A DNA stretch of 64,000 nt from the human T2T-CHM13v2.0 reference genome, Homo sapiens: the NCBI RefSeq assembly GCF_009914755.1, contig NC_060931.1. One strand, written 5' to 3'. A model generated the notes under the pieces. The model saw nothing but the letters and a program-made list of their open reading frames with translations. It did no database searches and was not told where the DNA came from. The position numbers and the translations under genes are program-made. Every line of letters starts with the position of its first letter. The stretch's first letter is position 1. This document shows, one piece after another, positions 1 to 14,589 of the stretch.

Positions 1-1048
1 CTGCCTTGACTCTGCTGTCCCTTAGGCTTACTATGCCCACCTTGCCTTTGGTGGTTGAGTTTCTCACTTAGTCTCTGCTAAATTACTATTAACTCTGAAT
101 CCAATTACTTCCGTTGCATTTAGGCTTCCAGTTGATTGACTGTGTTTCCCACTGTAAAGTCTGGCCTACAGAGAAGAGCAATTAACTATTGAGTTCTTCA
201 AGGATGCTGGGCTCTGCTCCCACATTTATTTTTCATAGCATTGGTGAAAGATATGTCTTCTGAGCCCTACCAATGTGAGTGAGTAGGTCTTAAATCACAA
301 ATTGACTTCAGCATTCCAATCTCCCTAAACCTTTGAATTCCTTTGTCTACATTAACCAAGAGAGATCAGGCATTTCTAATTCACTTACAGTGAGCCAGCC
401 ATATTTTGACCCATGTTTCAGCGAATCAATCAAACTGTTAGGCCCCTTCTAACTCCATGAGCTACAATATTAACTGCAGAATGTCTGCTTAGTGAGCCCA
501 TATCAGTAAATATGGCCTGATCCACCTTTAACATCTAATACCCCATAGCTCTAACATTCATTCACACACATTTTCCTTAGATTTCTACTTGCATAAATTA
601 GAAAACTTAAGTAGTTATTTTGAAGTATGGCCACCTCCCTCATTGGTCACACTTTGTGCCTCACCTTTAAGGGTCTTCTAGGACTTGAATCCAATTACAG
701 GTCTAGAAGTAAAGGGAGGTATTAGTGTTGTTTCCTGACGAAAATCAGCATTTTCTTGCATGGCAACTGCTTCGGGGGAAGCCATTACCATGTCCTCAGG
801 CAATGTAGGATTAATCACCTCAGAGGGAAGTGGAAAGGCAGATACCACCATTGGAAGGGAGGCCCCACTGTAGGTGGAACACCACTGTCATTAGGGCTGA
901 ACAAGCCACTTTTCACTGTGGTTAGAGAAGCCACTTGTGCTGGCAAAGAAGACTCATCAGAATTTAGGGGCTCAATATTTTCAATTTCATCAGTGGCTTG
1001 CAAAATGTCCCCATCCCACCTTAAAGGATCCCATTCTTTCTCAATTAA

Positions 1049-1370
<322 letters not shown>

Positions 1371-1785
1371 TAAATGCCCTTATTTTAACAGTAGATACCT
1401 TGTGAAGCTGAGAGTTCAATTTGCTTTGTAATTTGGCCAGTCACAGGATGGGATCCTGCAATTGATATTCGGCCCTGCAGCTATAGGAGATAAGACTCTC
1501 CGCTTCAGGGCACACCTGGAACGTCTGAAGCCATTTATGTGATACTTGAGCCGGGAATTCAAATATCTGAGCTAACCCTTTCCTTTTACTATTTTGTCCA
1601 GTGACATTAGGAAAAAATAAGAAATATCATTGAATTCCATAAATTTTCAAAAATGTTCAGAAGTATTATACAGAGTCACCAGGCTCCTTGCTTCTTATAA
1701 GTGATTAACTACAAGTATCCACAGTACATAATTTTCACATCTCAATAAATACTTCCTGCTACAGACTCTCAGTGCTCTCTTTAAT

Positions 1786-1928
1786 ATGAGAATCAGAGTA
1801 ATTAGTATCTTTAAATCTGGTAAGACTAGAGAGCCAATTCCAGAAACTCCAGAACCAGATGAGATTCAGAGTGATTAGTATCTTTAAATCTAGTAAGACT
1901 AGAGAGCCAATTCCAGAAACTCCAGAAC
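1786..1928. repeat. 73-bp-period tandem duplication (2 copies)
   Basis: 1786-1855 versus 1859-1928: 3 mismatches in 70 bp. Confidence 0.95.
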
Positions 1929-1989
1929 TATTTCAGAAAACTTACCCTTAAAATTCTGTTCCTCTAGAACCGCTCTTGTTACCAAAAAC

Positions 1990-3064
1990 AGTATTAGTTG
2001 GGGTTCTTCAGAGAAATAGAATAGTGTACATGAGTGCACACCACACACAAATGCACACACACAAACACACACACACAGGTTGAGCATCTCTAATTTGAAA
2101 ATTTGAAACCTGAAATGGTTCAAAATCCAAAATTTTTTGAGTCCTGGCAAGAAGCTCATCACAGCATTTTTGAACTTTGTATTTTTGAGTTAGGAATGTT
2201 GAACTGGTAATTTTAACACAAATATTCCCAAACCTGAAAAAATCCAAAACCCAAAACACTTCTGGTCCCAAGCATTTTGGGTAAGGGATACTCAACCTGC
2301 TGCATATACATACATACACAGACACACATTTATATAATAACTCTCCAATTCCTATAATAAGTCTCCATATATATATATATATGCATGTGTGTGTGTCTGT
2401 ATATATATTTTTATATATGTGTGTGTATATATATATATACTATATATATCATATGTATATAATGTGGTGGTGTTATAATTTTTGCTTCAAAAGCTGGTGA
2501 GGAGAAAGATAGTCTATTATCCTGTGATTTTTATGTGTCAAGCTGACTGCGCCAAAGAATGCCCAGTTGTAGTCAGTATAATATTATTTGATATGTATAA
2601 TACAAGGAGTAGATCTCCAAGATTTACTATGGGAATTTGTTCATGCAATTATGAAGGACAAGAAGTCCCACACTTTACCATCTGCAAGCTGGAGAACCAG
2701 AAAAGCCAGTGGTGTAAATTCCAGTCCAAGTCCAAAGGTCTGAGAACCAAAAGATGATGGTCTAAGTCCCAATCCAAGTCCTAAGGCCTAAGAATCAGGA
2801 GCACTAATGTTTGAGGGAAGGAGAAGATGGATGTTCCAGCTCAAACAGAAACAAATCCTCCCTTCTTCTTCTATTTTGTTCTATTCAAGTTCTCAGTGGA
2901 GTGGATGGTGCCCACCCACATTAGTGAGGGTAATCTTTACTCAGTCGAACAATTCAAATGGTAATCACTTCCAGAAACACCCTTCTACACACACCAGAAA
3001 TAATGGTGTACCAGCTACAACTGGGCACCCTTTAGCCCAGTCAAGTTGACACATAAAAACCACA
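1990..3064 (-). mobile_element. MLT2-family LTR (5' LTR of the adjacent ERVL), interrupted by Tigger4a, (TA)n/(CA)n tracts and an inverted duplication
   Basis: gtattagttggggttcttcagagaaa ... ccatctgcaagctggagaaccagaaaagcc ... cagtcaagttgacacataaaaaccaca; abuts the ERVL PBS. Confidence 0.85.
2076..2299. mobile_element. Tigger4a/MER46A-like non-autonomous TcMar-Tigger DNA transposon
   Basis: Terminal inverted repeats caggttgagcatctct ... agggatactcaacctg; internal acttctggtcccaagcatttt motif. Confidence 0.85.
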
Positions 3065-3940
3065 GGATAATAATCGATCTTTCTTCTCGCCAAATTTTGA
3101 AGCAAAAATTATAACCCCACCTGATGTGCTTGATGTACACAGAGGAAATTAGTTGTTTTTTTTAATAGGGAGGGTAGATAGAAGTAAATAGATGTAAGGC
3201 TTCTACACTTTATTTTTAAAGTGGTAAAATATCTATACCAGTAGACTGTGATAAGGTATGTATAGATATTATAATTTATAAAGTAACTACTATGAAAACT
3301 GTACAAATAAAAGTAGTCAAAAATGAGGATATAAAAAATACATATTTGAATTTTAATATTCTAATTTTAAGCCTTAGTAATTAATTGCAAAGCTGTCAAT
3401 AAATAAGAATCAAATATGTTTTGTGATGATTTCTCATTCCCAAGGAAATAGACGTTGATCATTTTTCTTAAATTATTAGACATGTATGTCCCTTTCCCAG
3501 GGTCAATTAAATACTCTGAAAGAAAAGAAAATTTAATACTTGATGAATAAAGCACTTGTTTAAAGAATTTTTTGATGACCGCACCAACTTGATTTATATT
3601 CCTATTAAGTAGAGATCTGCAATTAAAAGTATCAAATAATATAAGAGAAGGTCCATAACTTCTATTTTAAGGAAAAGCAATGAAAAGCATCTGATGACCT
3701 CCAATGCAGGTCTCCCTACCTTGCTACCTGTTCTCCAGTAACTTTGGACTGAAAGCAAAACTTCTTTATACCCATCTCACTACAAAGCATACTGCATTAA
3801 CCCAGCAAATCTCAGCTTCATTCACCATCTGGAAGCAGTACAGGTAGTATTTGAATGATGCTCAGCATTATAGTATTTTGTATGGAATAAAAGAAAAATA
3901 AAAAACCTATAAATTGTTCTTTATATTTTGATGACCCAAG

Positions 3941-4346
3941 CTGCAATGAGCTGATTCATGCCCCCACCCCCACATTCATATGTTGAAGCCCTAACACCCA
4001 GTACCTCAGAATGTAATGGTATTTGGAGATATGCAAAAGATATAGGCCTTTAAAGATAGGACCTTTTAAGAGGTAATTAGGGTAAAATGAGGCCATTAAA
4101 GTAGGCCCTAATTCAATGACTGGTGTTCTCATAAGAAGAGTTAAGGACACAGACACACATACAAAGAGGAAAGACCATGTGAAGACATGGCCATCTGCAT
4201 GCCAAATAGACAGGCCCTTGGCAGAAACCAACCCTGCCAACACCCTGATCGTGCTCTTCTAGCATCTAGGACTGTGAGACTATAAATTTATGCTGTTTAA
4301 GCCTGCTGGTCTATGTTATAGCCTACAGCAGCCCTAGCAAACTAAT
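3941..4346 (+). mobile_element. MLT1A/B-type MaLR solo LTR
   Basis: attcatatgttgaagccctaacacccagtacctcagaatgt ... gcagccctagcaaactaata. Confidence 0.85.
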
Positions 4347-5074
4347 AAACTAAACTTTCATCTTATTGTGCAGAAATGAAGAACATGAAACTTCTGGGAA
4401 GTTCTACAAAATTTTACCATGATAAAATCAGAGACTTCAAAGAACCTCACCTTATGAGTTGTACGGTATTTGCTATGACAGGAACCTAAAATTTTCTCCT
4501 GGAGGCTTTTTAATGCTTGGAGACAAAAACTTTAAACAATATAGGGAAGAAATAATTGAACATCTTTTCCTTCTTCTTTGCACTCCCATCAGTTTTTCAT
4601 TTGTGATACATATAGGTGGGGGAAAAAAACTTAAGAAAACCTGTTCCTCTTTTTTGTATCTGGTAATGCGAGGAACATAAAATTACTGAGAACTTCTGCC
4701 TCTGGCCAAGAATGAGTAACAGGGACAGCCACTTGATAAAAACAAAAAACAGACAAAATACATGAAACAATAGTTTACAAGACACACACTGGGCATCTTG
4801 CAATGAAGGAGAATAATCCATTCCTAAAGAGCACAAAACAGATGAGGTGAGGTGTCTGAATACTTTACCTTACTACCTTGAAAAAGTTTTAGCTGTGGTA
4901 ATGATGGGAAACCCGGGAGGACCCCTGACTTGCAAAGATGGAAATTAGAATCTGGGAATGCCAACATGACTATTGTTAGTAGTAAAATGTAAAAGAGAAG
5001 AGAGAGCTGCATAGAGTGAGCCCTCAGAACTGTGAGGGTTATCCTCAAGTATTAATATTTATTTTGTATGCATG

Positions 5075-5682
5075 TATTTTTTTTACATAGGTCTTGCTCT
5101 GTCACTCAGGCTGCAATGCAGTGGCACAACCGAGGCAGCCTCCTAAATAGCTGGGACTACAAGCACACACACTACCACACCTGGCTAATTTTTAATTTTT
5201 TGTAGAGACAGTGTATTAGTCTGTTCTCACACTGCTAATAATGACATGCCTGAGACTGGGTAATTTATAAAGGAAAGTGGTTTAACTGACTCACAGTTCC
5301 ACATGGCTAGGGGGGCCTCACAATCATGGTGGAAGGCAAATGAGGAGCCAAATTACGTCTTACATGGCAGCAGGCAAGAGAGCTTGTGCAGGGGAACTCT
5401 CACTTATAAAACCATCAAATCTCATGAGGCTTATTCACTACCATGAGAACAGTATGGGAAATACCGCCCCCATGATCCAATTATCTCCACCTGGCCCTGC
5501 CCTTGACATGTGGAGATTATTACAATTCAAGGTGAGATGGGGGTGGGAACACAGCCAAATCATATCAGACAGGGTATCATTATGTTTCCCAGGCTAGTCT
5601 TGAACTCCTGGGCTCTAGCGACTCATCTGCCTCAACCTCCCCAAGGTGCTTAGATTACAGTTATTAGCCACCACACCCAGCT
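5075..5682 (-). mobile_element. Old (AluJ-like) Alu split by a THE1 LTR
   Basis: Alu arms at ~5075-5211 and 5568-5682 join seamlessly (gtagagacag|ggtatcattatgtttcccaggct) when the LTR is removed. Confidence 0.85.
5212..5567 (-). mobile_element. THE1-type MaLR solo LTR
   Basis: tgtattagtctgttctcacactgctaa ... cagccaaatcatatca; perfect 5-bp TSD gacag (5207-5211, 5568-5572). Confidence 0.93.
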
Positions 5683-7175
5683 CATTCTCATGTATTTAGC
5701 TGAGTATTCATCAGCATATGTACAGAATCTTCCCAAGACCTAAAAAGAACTACCCAGAAGGGTAAAGTATCTGAAGATCACACCAGGTCAGAAATGCTAC
5801 TTCTTAATACCACCAGAATAGAAAAGCTGAACATTCACAGGACTTCTAAAGCATAAAGGTCTTATCTTAGAAGTAAGGAATAATTAGATCTAGCCTAAAC
5901 ACACTGCTCAGATCCTACTTTAGAAGTCATAAAAGCAATACTTGAATGAATCAAGCTGTTTTCCAGATAACTTGTATTCCAGAACAAAGCTCAGGAACAT
6001 TTATAAGAATATCAAAATTCCCAGCACCCAACAAGGTAAAAATCACAGTATTTGGGATAAAACATTTATTGATAAAATGATTGTTATGTTACCAAAAAAT
6101 CTAAAACTAAGGGTAGAAGTTACTGTATGTTTTCGTCCATGCAAAAATGCAATGTGTTATTCCAAAGCTAAAACAGAAATTATTCTACAGACACAATTTG
6201 CTAATAATTCCCTACTTGTTTTGGAGGAAAAACCCTAAAAGACATACTAGTACTGAAAATGGTATGGGAAATACACAAATATACTGTTAACATAGTATTA
6301 TCATGAGTTGATTCTTCTGGATTCTAATTTGATTTGAAAATGAAATAAAAATTCCACGTGAAGTAACATCAACAAGACAGCAGACTAGGAAGTTTCATGT
6401 CCTTTTTCCCCCATGGAAACCCTGAATAAACAATAATATATGGATTAAAATGGCTTTGTAAGAACTCTAGAAACTAGCTAAGAAGCTGCAGAACCTAACT
6501 TTAATGCTTGGCCAAGAAAAAGCTGCAATTAGAAGAGGAGAAAATGTCATTATATTTTGCTCACTCTAGCTCAGACTATCCCACCTCACCTCCAGTGGCA
6601 CAGCACAGTGCAGTTGAAGTGAGGATGCCCAATTCTTCATTCCTCCCTAGAGAGAGAAGAAAAGGTGTGGAATGTGCTTACAGCATTCTAGCTGGTCTGG
6701 GGAACTACTTGAGAGACTAATTTCTGTCTCACTTAACTTGGAGAGCTGATGGAAAGAGTGGCATAGTTTGGATACCAGATTGGAGGCCACTGACAGCAAA
6801 GGCAGGTGATGTGGTGTGCTGGAACTGCAGAACAAGTTTGAAGGGACCCAGAACTCATATAATGGAGTAATTGGGGAAGTACTTCTCCTGCACTAAGCCA
6901 GTCCACAGAGACAAGGAAAAGTGGCTATTTGTTAAACACTCAAATTTCAACAAATGTTTACAAAGTATATAAAGAAACAGGAAAAAAAATTGCACATTCC
7001 ACAGATAAAAATAAATCTTCAGAAACCAACCCTAAAAAACACACATCTCTTACTGAACTGACAAATAATTTTTACAAATTTTCCTAAATATGCTTAATTA
7101 CATAAAAGAGAACATGGATAGATGAACAAAATCAGGAAAGCAGTTTATGAACAAAATTAGAATAATAATAATAAC

Positions 7176-7744
7176 ATGAGCATGTCTGCATTGAGGGATG
7201 CCTAGATGGCCGGTGAAGCACTTTTCTGGGTGTGTCTGTGAGGGTGTTGCCAGCAGAGACTGACATGTGAGTCAGGGGACCTGGAGAGGAAGACCCATCC
7301 TCAAAGTGGGTTGCACTTTGTTCAGCTGCCACCACAGCTAGAACAAAGCAGGTGGAAGAAAGTGGGATAAGTTTGCTTGCTGAGTCCTCTAGCTCTCTTT
7401 TTTTTTTCTTCCCATGCCAGATGCTTGCCTCCTTTCCTCCTGCCCTGGGATGTCAAACTCCAGGTTTTTTAGCCTTTGGACTCAGGGACTGGGACCTGCA
7501 ACAGCAGTCTTCCAGGAACTCTCAGGCCTTTGGCCTCAGACTGAGGGCTACATTGTAGGCCTCCCTGGTTTTGAGTCTTTCATTCTAGGACTGAGCCACT
7601 ACTGGCTTCTGTCTTTCCCCAGCTTGCAAAGAGCCTTCCACTGGATTTTGCCTTATAATTCTGTGAGCCAATCTTCCCTAATAAACTCCCTATTATAGAT
7701 ACATATATCCTATTGGATCTGTCCCTCTGGAAAACCCTAATACA
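7176..7744 (+). mobile_element. MLT2B-like ERVL solo LTR (5' end eroded)
   Basis: ctgggtgtgtctgtgagggtgttgcca ... tcctattggatctgtccctctggaaaaccctaataca. Confidence 0.85.
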
Positions 7745-8974
7745 ATCTACAAATAGACAGAAATAATAAAACCAAACAGAAATTCTGGAGGTTACAAGCA
7801 TAATAACTGAAGTGAAAAATTAATTGCTATAGAGATTCAACAGCAGAACCAATGAGGCAGAAGAAACAATTGGTCAACTTGAAAACAGGTCATTTGAAAT
7901 TAGCATCTGTGGAGGAAAAAGATTAAAATATGAAGAAATATGAATAGAACCTAAGCGATATGTGAGATACCATATCAAGTTGATCAGCATAAGCATTATG
8001 GGAATCCAAGGTGGAGAGAGGGAAAAGGGCAGAGAGTTTATTTAAATAAAAATGGCTGAAAATTTTCCAAATTTATACAGACAGAAATGGCCACAAAAAT
8101 ACATAAAGCTCAGTGAATGCTAAGTAGTAATAATTTAAAGATACGATATAAGCAGAAGTTATCATTAAACTGTCAAAGAAAACAACTGAATCATTTAAAA
8201 AAAAAAAAGGCAAGAGAAACTCTAAGATCATTGACTGATTTCTTAGTGAAACCATGGAGGCCAGAAGATAGTAGGATGATATATTTCAAGTGCTAAAAAA
8301 ATTTTAAATGCTGTCAACTGTAAATTACATATAACAAAACTGTCCTTCAAAGAATGAAAGAGAAATTAGAGTATTTTCAGATAAACAACAACTGAGGAAG
8401 TTAATTACCACCAGCAGAGTGTGTCTACTTGGAATGAAAGGTCTCTAGAGAATAAATCAAAGTCTTATAAAAATATAAAGTAATTCTGTAAACAAAAATA
8501 TATAGAAAAATATAAAACCCTGCATTGTTGTAATTTTGGTTTGTAAGTCAATTTTTAACTCTTAAAAGATTTAAAAACCAAAAGCATAAATTTATATTAA
8601 TGGACACACAGAATATGAAATTGTAATTTGTGACATCAAAATATGGGAAGGTGCAGAGCTATAAAGGAGTATAGATTTTGCACATGACTGACATTAAGTT
8701 GTTATCAGTTTAAAATGGATTGTGATAACTTTAAGATGTTCTATCTAATGCCCCAGGCAATCACAAATACTATATCTATACAATATACACAAAAGGAAAT
8801 GAGAAGGGAAACAAAGCATGGCACTATGGGAGATCAACTACACAAAAAGGAAGAGAGTAAGGGAGGAAAAGAGGGCAAAAAAGCTCTAAGACGTACAAAA
8901 AACCCCAAAATGTCAATAGTAAGTTCTTCCCTAATAGTAATTACATTAAATATAAATGAGTTAAACTTCATAAC

Positions 8975-8979
<5 letters not shown>

Positions 8980-9025
<46 letters not shown>
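8980..9025. repeat. (TG)n microsatellite
   Basis: Uninterrupted TG dinucleotide run of about 22 units. Confidence 0.98.
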
Positions 9026-9028
<3 letters not shown>

Positions 9029-10071
9029 GCCTACATTAATATCAGGTTCTAACGATATGCTTTCTATAAGAAATTCACTTTAGATTTAAAAATACATACA
9101 GGTTGAAGTGAGAGGATGGAAAAAGATATTCCTTGGAAAATAGTATTCAAAAAAGAGCATACTAATATCAGAAAAAAACAGACAAGTCAAAAAATGGTTA
9201 CAGGAGACATAGCATTATATAATGATGAAAGGGCCAATTCAACAACAAGCTATAATAATCATAAATATATATACACCAAACGTGAGAACGCCTAAAGATA
9301 TGGAGCAAATATGGACAGAATTGAAGAGAGAAATACACAACAAAAATACCCCACTTTTAGTAATGGACAGAACAACCATAAAGATCAGTATGTAAATAGA
9401 GAACCTGAACAATACCATAGATCAACAGGACCTAAAAGATGCACAGAACACTCCACCCAATATGACAAAATACTTTTTCCTAAAGTGCACATGGAACATT
9501 CTCCAGGGTAGACCATACGTAAAGCCACAAAACAAATATTTATAATGTAAAAGGTTGAAATAATACAAAGAATCTTTTCCAATCAATTTTCCGTTTCTAA
9601 TTTAATATGATTAAATTAAATACTGGAAAATCCACATCTATTGATTAAACAAGATATCCCTAAACACAAAAGGGTCAGAGAAGAAAGCACAAGGGAAATT
9701 TATGGGATTCAGTTAAAGCAGTGTTTAGAAGGAAACTTATAGCTATAAATGCTTACACAAGGAATAAACATTTCAAATCAACCTACCTTTACAACCTAGA
9801 GAATTAGAAAAAGAACAATTTACACCTATATATAGCAACAGGAAAATAATTTAAAAGATTACAGCAGAGATAAACAAAATAGAGGATAGAAAAATTCAGA
9901 AAACTAACCAAAACAAGAATTGCTTCTTTGAAAAGATCAACAAAACTGATAAACGTTTAGCTAGATTACCTAAGAAAAAGGGAGAAGAAAACTAAAATCA
10001 GAACTGAAAGTGAAGAAGTACAACCCATTTTACAGAAAGTAAAAAAATAAGAGAATATTATAAACAATTGC

Positions 10072-10413
10072 ACTATGGTCTGAATGTGTCCCCCAAAAAT
10101 TCATATGTTGAAACTTAAATGCCAAGGTAGGGCCTTTGGGAGGTGATCAAGTCATGAGAGCAGGATCCTCATGAATGGGATTAGTGCCCTAATAAAGGAG
10201 GCTGAAGGGAGCTGTTGTTCCTTCTACTATGTGAGAACCAACCAAGAGAAGGCACTATCTCTATGAAACAGACAGTGAGCCCTCACAAGATACCAAATCT
10301 GCTGAAACCTTGAGCTTGGCATTTCTAGCCTCCAGAACTGTGAGAAATAAATTTCTATTATTTATAAATTACCCTTTCTAAGGTATTTTTATAGCATTCC
10401 AAATGGACTGAAA
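10072..10413 (+). mobile_element. MST/MLT1A-type MaLR solo LTR within L1
   Basis: ctatggtctgaatgtgtcccccaaaaattcatatgttgaaac ... gcctccagaactgtgagaaataaatttct ... atagcattccaaatggact. Confidence 0.85.
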
Positions 10414-12107
10414 GAAAAAGTATGTCAACAAATTGGATAACCTAGATAAAATGGACAAAGTCCTAGAAACATACAACCTACAAAGCCTGCATCATGAAGA
10501 AACAGAAAGCCTGAGTAGACCTGTAACTAGTAAGGAAATTGAATCAGTAACAAAAAACTTTCCAACAAAGAAAAGCCCAGAACCAGATGGCTTTATCGGT
10601 AACAATGTCACTGATCATTTAGAGAAGAATTAAAATCAATCTTCCTAAAGTCTCAAAAACTGTAGAAGACAGAAGCCTCTAGACTCATTCTATGAGGCCA
10701 ATACTGCCCTAATCCAAGGCAAGACAAAGACTACATGAAAAGAAAACCATGAATGAATATCCCTGAGGAATACTGAGATAGAAAACTCTCAACAAAGCAG
10801 AATCCAACAGCACATTAAAAGAATGATTGTACACCATGACCAAGAATGATTATTGCTGAAATGTTAAGATGTTTCAACATACAAAAATCAATCAGTGTAA
10901 TACATCACAAGAGAATGAAGGAAAAAATATATATTTTTCAACCGATGTAGAAAAGGTATTTTTTAAAAATTAATGCACTTTCATAATAAAACACTAAAAA
11001 AACTTCAGAATAAAAGAAAACTACTTTAACATAATAAAGGCCATATAACAAAAGTCCACCACTAACATCATACTCAATATTGAAAGACTGAAAGCTTTCC
11101 CACTAAGATTACAAATAAGACGAAGATGCCTGATTTTGCCTCTTATTTTCAAAACAGCACCAGTACTCCTAGGAACAGCAATTAGGCAAGAAAATGAAAT
11201 AAAATAAATCCAAACTATATAGGAAAAAATAAAATTATCTCTGTTTACAGATGACATGATCTTACATACAGAAAACTTGTAAGATTCCACACCAAAAAAC
11301 ATAACAACACTGCAATAAATGATTTCTGCAAACTTGCAGGACAGTAAATCAACATGCAAATATCAGTTGTTTTCCTATACATTAAAAACAAACTATACCA
11401 AAAGGAAATTAAGAAAACAATTCCACTTACAATAGCATCAAAAAAGAATAAAACACTTAGTTAAAAAATTTAACCAAGGATATGAAAAACTTGTATGCTG
11501 AAAATTAGAAAATGTTGCTGAAAAATACTTAAAATGATACAAATAAAGGAAAAGACATCACATTTTCATGCATTAACACATTTAAGATGTTAATACAACC
11601 CAAAGCTATTTATAGATTTAATACAATCCCTATCAAAATGCCAATGCCATTTTTTTTGCAGAAATAGAAAAACCCATCCTCAAATTCATATGAAATCTCA
11701 TGAGACCCTTACTTGCCCAACAATCTTGAAAAAGAACAGAAAAATTGAAAGGCTCACACCCTGATTTCAAAACTTACTACAAAGTTACAGTAATCAAAAC
11801 AGTATGGTACTGGCATAAAGACAGACAAACAGACCAATGGAACAGAATACAGAAACCAGAAATAAGTCCTCGTATACATGGTCAAAATGATTTCTAAAAA
11901 GCATCTACAAACAATATGGTGAAAAGATGAATGCCTTCCCCATCGCTGGAGAACAAGGAAAAGATGTCCACCCTCACCACTTTTATTAAGCACAGTACTG
12001 GATGTTTTAGCCACTGCAATAAGCAAAAGAGTAAATAAAGACACATACTGGGCCAGGCACAGTGCTCATTTTGCAATAAGCAAAAGAGTAAATGAAGACA
12101 CATACTG

Positions 12108-12410
<303 letters not shown>

Positions 12411-12428
12411 GCACATACTGATTGGGTA

Positions 12429-12830
12429 TGTTTTGTAAATTCTTAAAACTTAATTCTTCCCTGATATTTCAACGTCCTCTCAAACAGACTGTGAGCACTC
12501 CACCCAGATGGCCAGGTCCAGCAGTGAACCTGCCACAAGTTCACCTTCTTGCTGACCCTGATTAAGGCATTTGCCCAATGGTTCTCTATTCTGTCTCTCA
12601 TTCTGCACCCCACTTACCCCAGCAGGCTCCCCACTTGCTTGGTTGCACTTACTCTCTGAAAGCTCTTACCACAAGGCCTCCTGCTTGCCATGCCATGCCC
12701 CTATCTCTAGGGCTGGTGGGTATTAAAAATCCTTTAATTTCGTATATCTCTCTGAATATAATTTCTGTGGTCATGTTAGAACCATCCCTAAACATCTCAC
12801 GAGTGAGACTTACTCCCTATTTATAAAACA
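12429..12830. mobile_element. LTR-like insertion, family not assigned
   Basis: TG...CA ends with an inverted terminal match (tgttttgtaaat / atttataaaaca); non-L1 composition; the L1 resumes on both sides. Confidence 0.55.
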
Positions 12831-13671
12831 CAGAGGAAACAATGAAACTATCTCAGTTTACAGCTGACATAATTGTGATAGAAAATCCCAAAGAATGCAA
12901 AACAAAACAAAACAAAATGAAAAAAGTCTAGAATAATTGAATATATCAAGTTTACAAGAAACTATATCAACACATAAAAATAAATTGCATTTGAACACAC
13001 TAATAATGAACATTTGAAAACCAAAATTAAAACATAACGTTCTTCAAAATAACTCCAAAGAAGAGGAAATAATTACATACAAACTTATTAAAACACATAA
13101 AAGATCTGTATACTGAAAATTACAAAATACTGATAGAGGAAATAGCAGGCCTAAGAAGATGTAGAGACATATCATGTTCATGGACTGGAAGAATCAATAT
13201 AGTAAAAATGTAAGTTTTCCCCAGAATTATATATAGGTTTAACACAATCCCTATCAAAATCCCAAAATGATTTTTGTACACATCTACAAGCTTATTCAAA
13301 ATGTATATAGAAAGGTATGACCCTAAAGTAGCTAAAACAATCTTAACAAGAATACAGTGGGATGAATAACGCTACCATTAGTAAGTCTTACTAGATAGCT
13401 ACAGTAGTCAAGACCATGTGATATTAGAAGACACAGAACAATGAAACAGAATAAAGAACCCAAAAATAGTCCCACACAAATATGCTCAACTGTATTTTAA
13501 TGAAGATACAAAAGCTACTTAATGGAGAAAAGATGGCATTTGAACAAATGATTTTGGAGCAATTGGACATCCATAGGCAAAAAAAAAAAGTAAAATAATC
13601 TTTAGCTTAAATCTCATGCCTTATAGAAAATTACTAAAACATTATCACATCTTTGACGGGAAATGTAAGAC

Positions 13672-14588
13672 ATAAAATCCAATGTACACAAATCAGTTGC
13701 ACTGCTGTACGCCACCAACGACCAAACTGAGAATCAAATCACGGACTCAACTCCTTTTATAACAACTGCAAAAATAGTGAAATGCTTAGGAATATACCTA
13801 ATAAAGGAAGTAAAAGATCTCTACAGGAAAAACTATAAAACACTGCTGAAAGAAATCATAGATGACACTAACAACTGGAAACACATCCACGCTCATGGAT
13901 GAGTAGAATCAATATTGTCAAAATGACCATCTTACCAAGGACAACCTATAAATTCAATGCAATTCCCATCAAAATACCATCATCATTCTTCAGAGAACTA
14001 GAAAAAATAATCCTAAAATTTATATGGAACCAATATAAAGGCCCCACATAGCCAAAGCAAGACCAAGCAAAAAAAAAAAAAAAAAAAACAAATCTGGAGT
14101 CATCACATTACCCGACTTCAAACTATACTATGAACTACAGTTGCCAAAACAGCATAGTACTGTATAAAAACAGGCATGCAGACCAATGGAACAGAATACA
14201 GAACCCAGAAATAAAGCCAAATACTTACAGTCAACTGATCATCAACAAGGCAAACCAAAACATAAAGTGAGGAAAGGACACCCTATTCAACAAATGGTGC
14301 TGGGATAATTGGCAACCCACATGTAGGAGAATGAAACTGGATCCTCATCTCTCACCTTATACAAAAATCAACTCAATATGGATCAAAAACTTACATCTAA
14401 GACCTGAAACGATAAAAATTCTACAAGATAACACTGGAAAACTCTTCTAGACACTGGCTTAGGCAAAGAGTTCATGACGATGAATGCAAAAGCAAATGCA
14501 ACAAAAACAAAGATAAACAGATGGGACTTAATTAAACTAAAAAGCTTCTGCACAACAAAGGAAATAATCAGTAAAGTGAACAGACAAC
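13672..14588 (+). mobile_element. L1PB-like ORF2 fragment
   Basis: ggaaaggacaccctattcaacaaatggtgctgggataattggc; translation [22 protein letters not shown]. Confidence 0.85.
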
Positions 14589-14589
14589 C

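Larger units (their letters stand above)
6350..11893 (+). mobile_element. Old L1M element (5' region, ORF1 and most of ORF2, degenerate) with nested LTRs
   Basis: A-rich strand with L1 ORF2 landmarks (agatcaacaaaactgataaac, ctgtttacagatgacatgat, gaccaatggaacagaata); many stops and frameshifts. Boundaries approximate. Confidence 0.85.
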
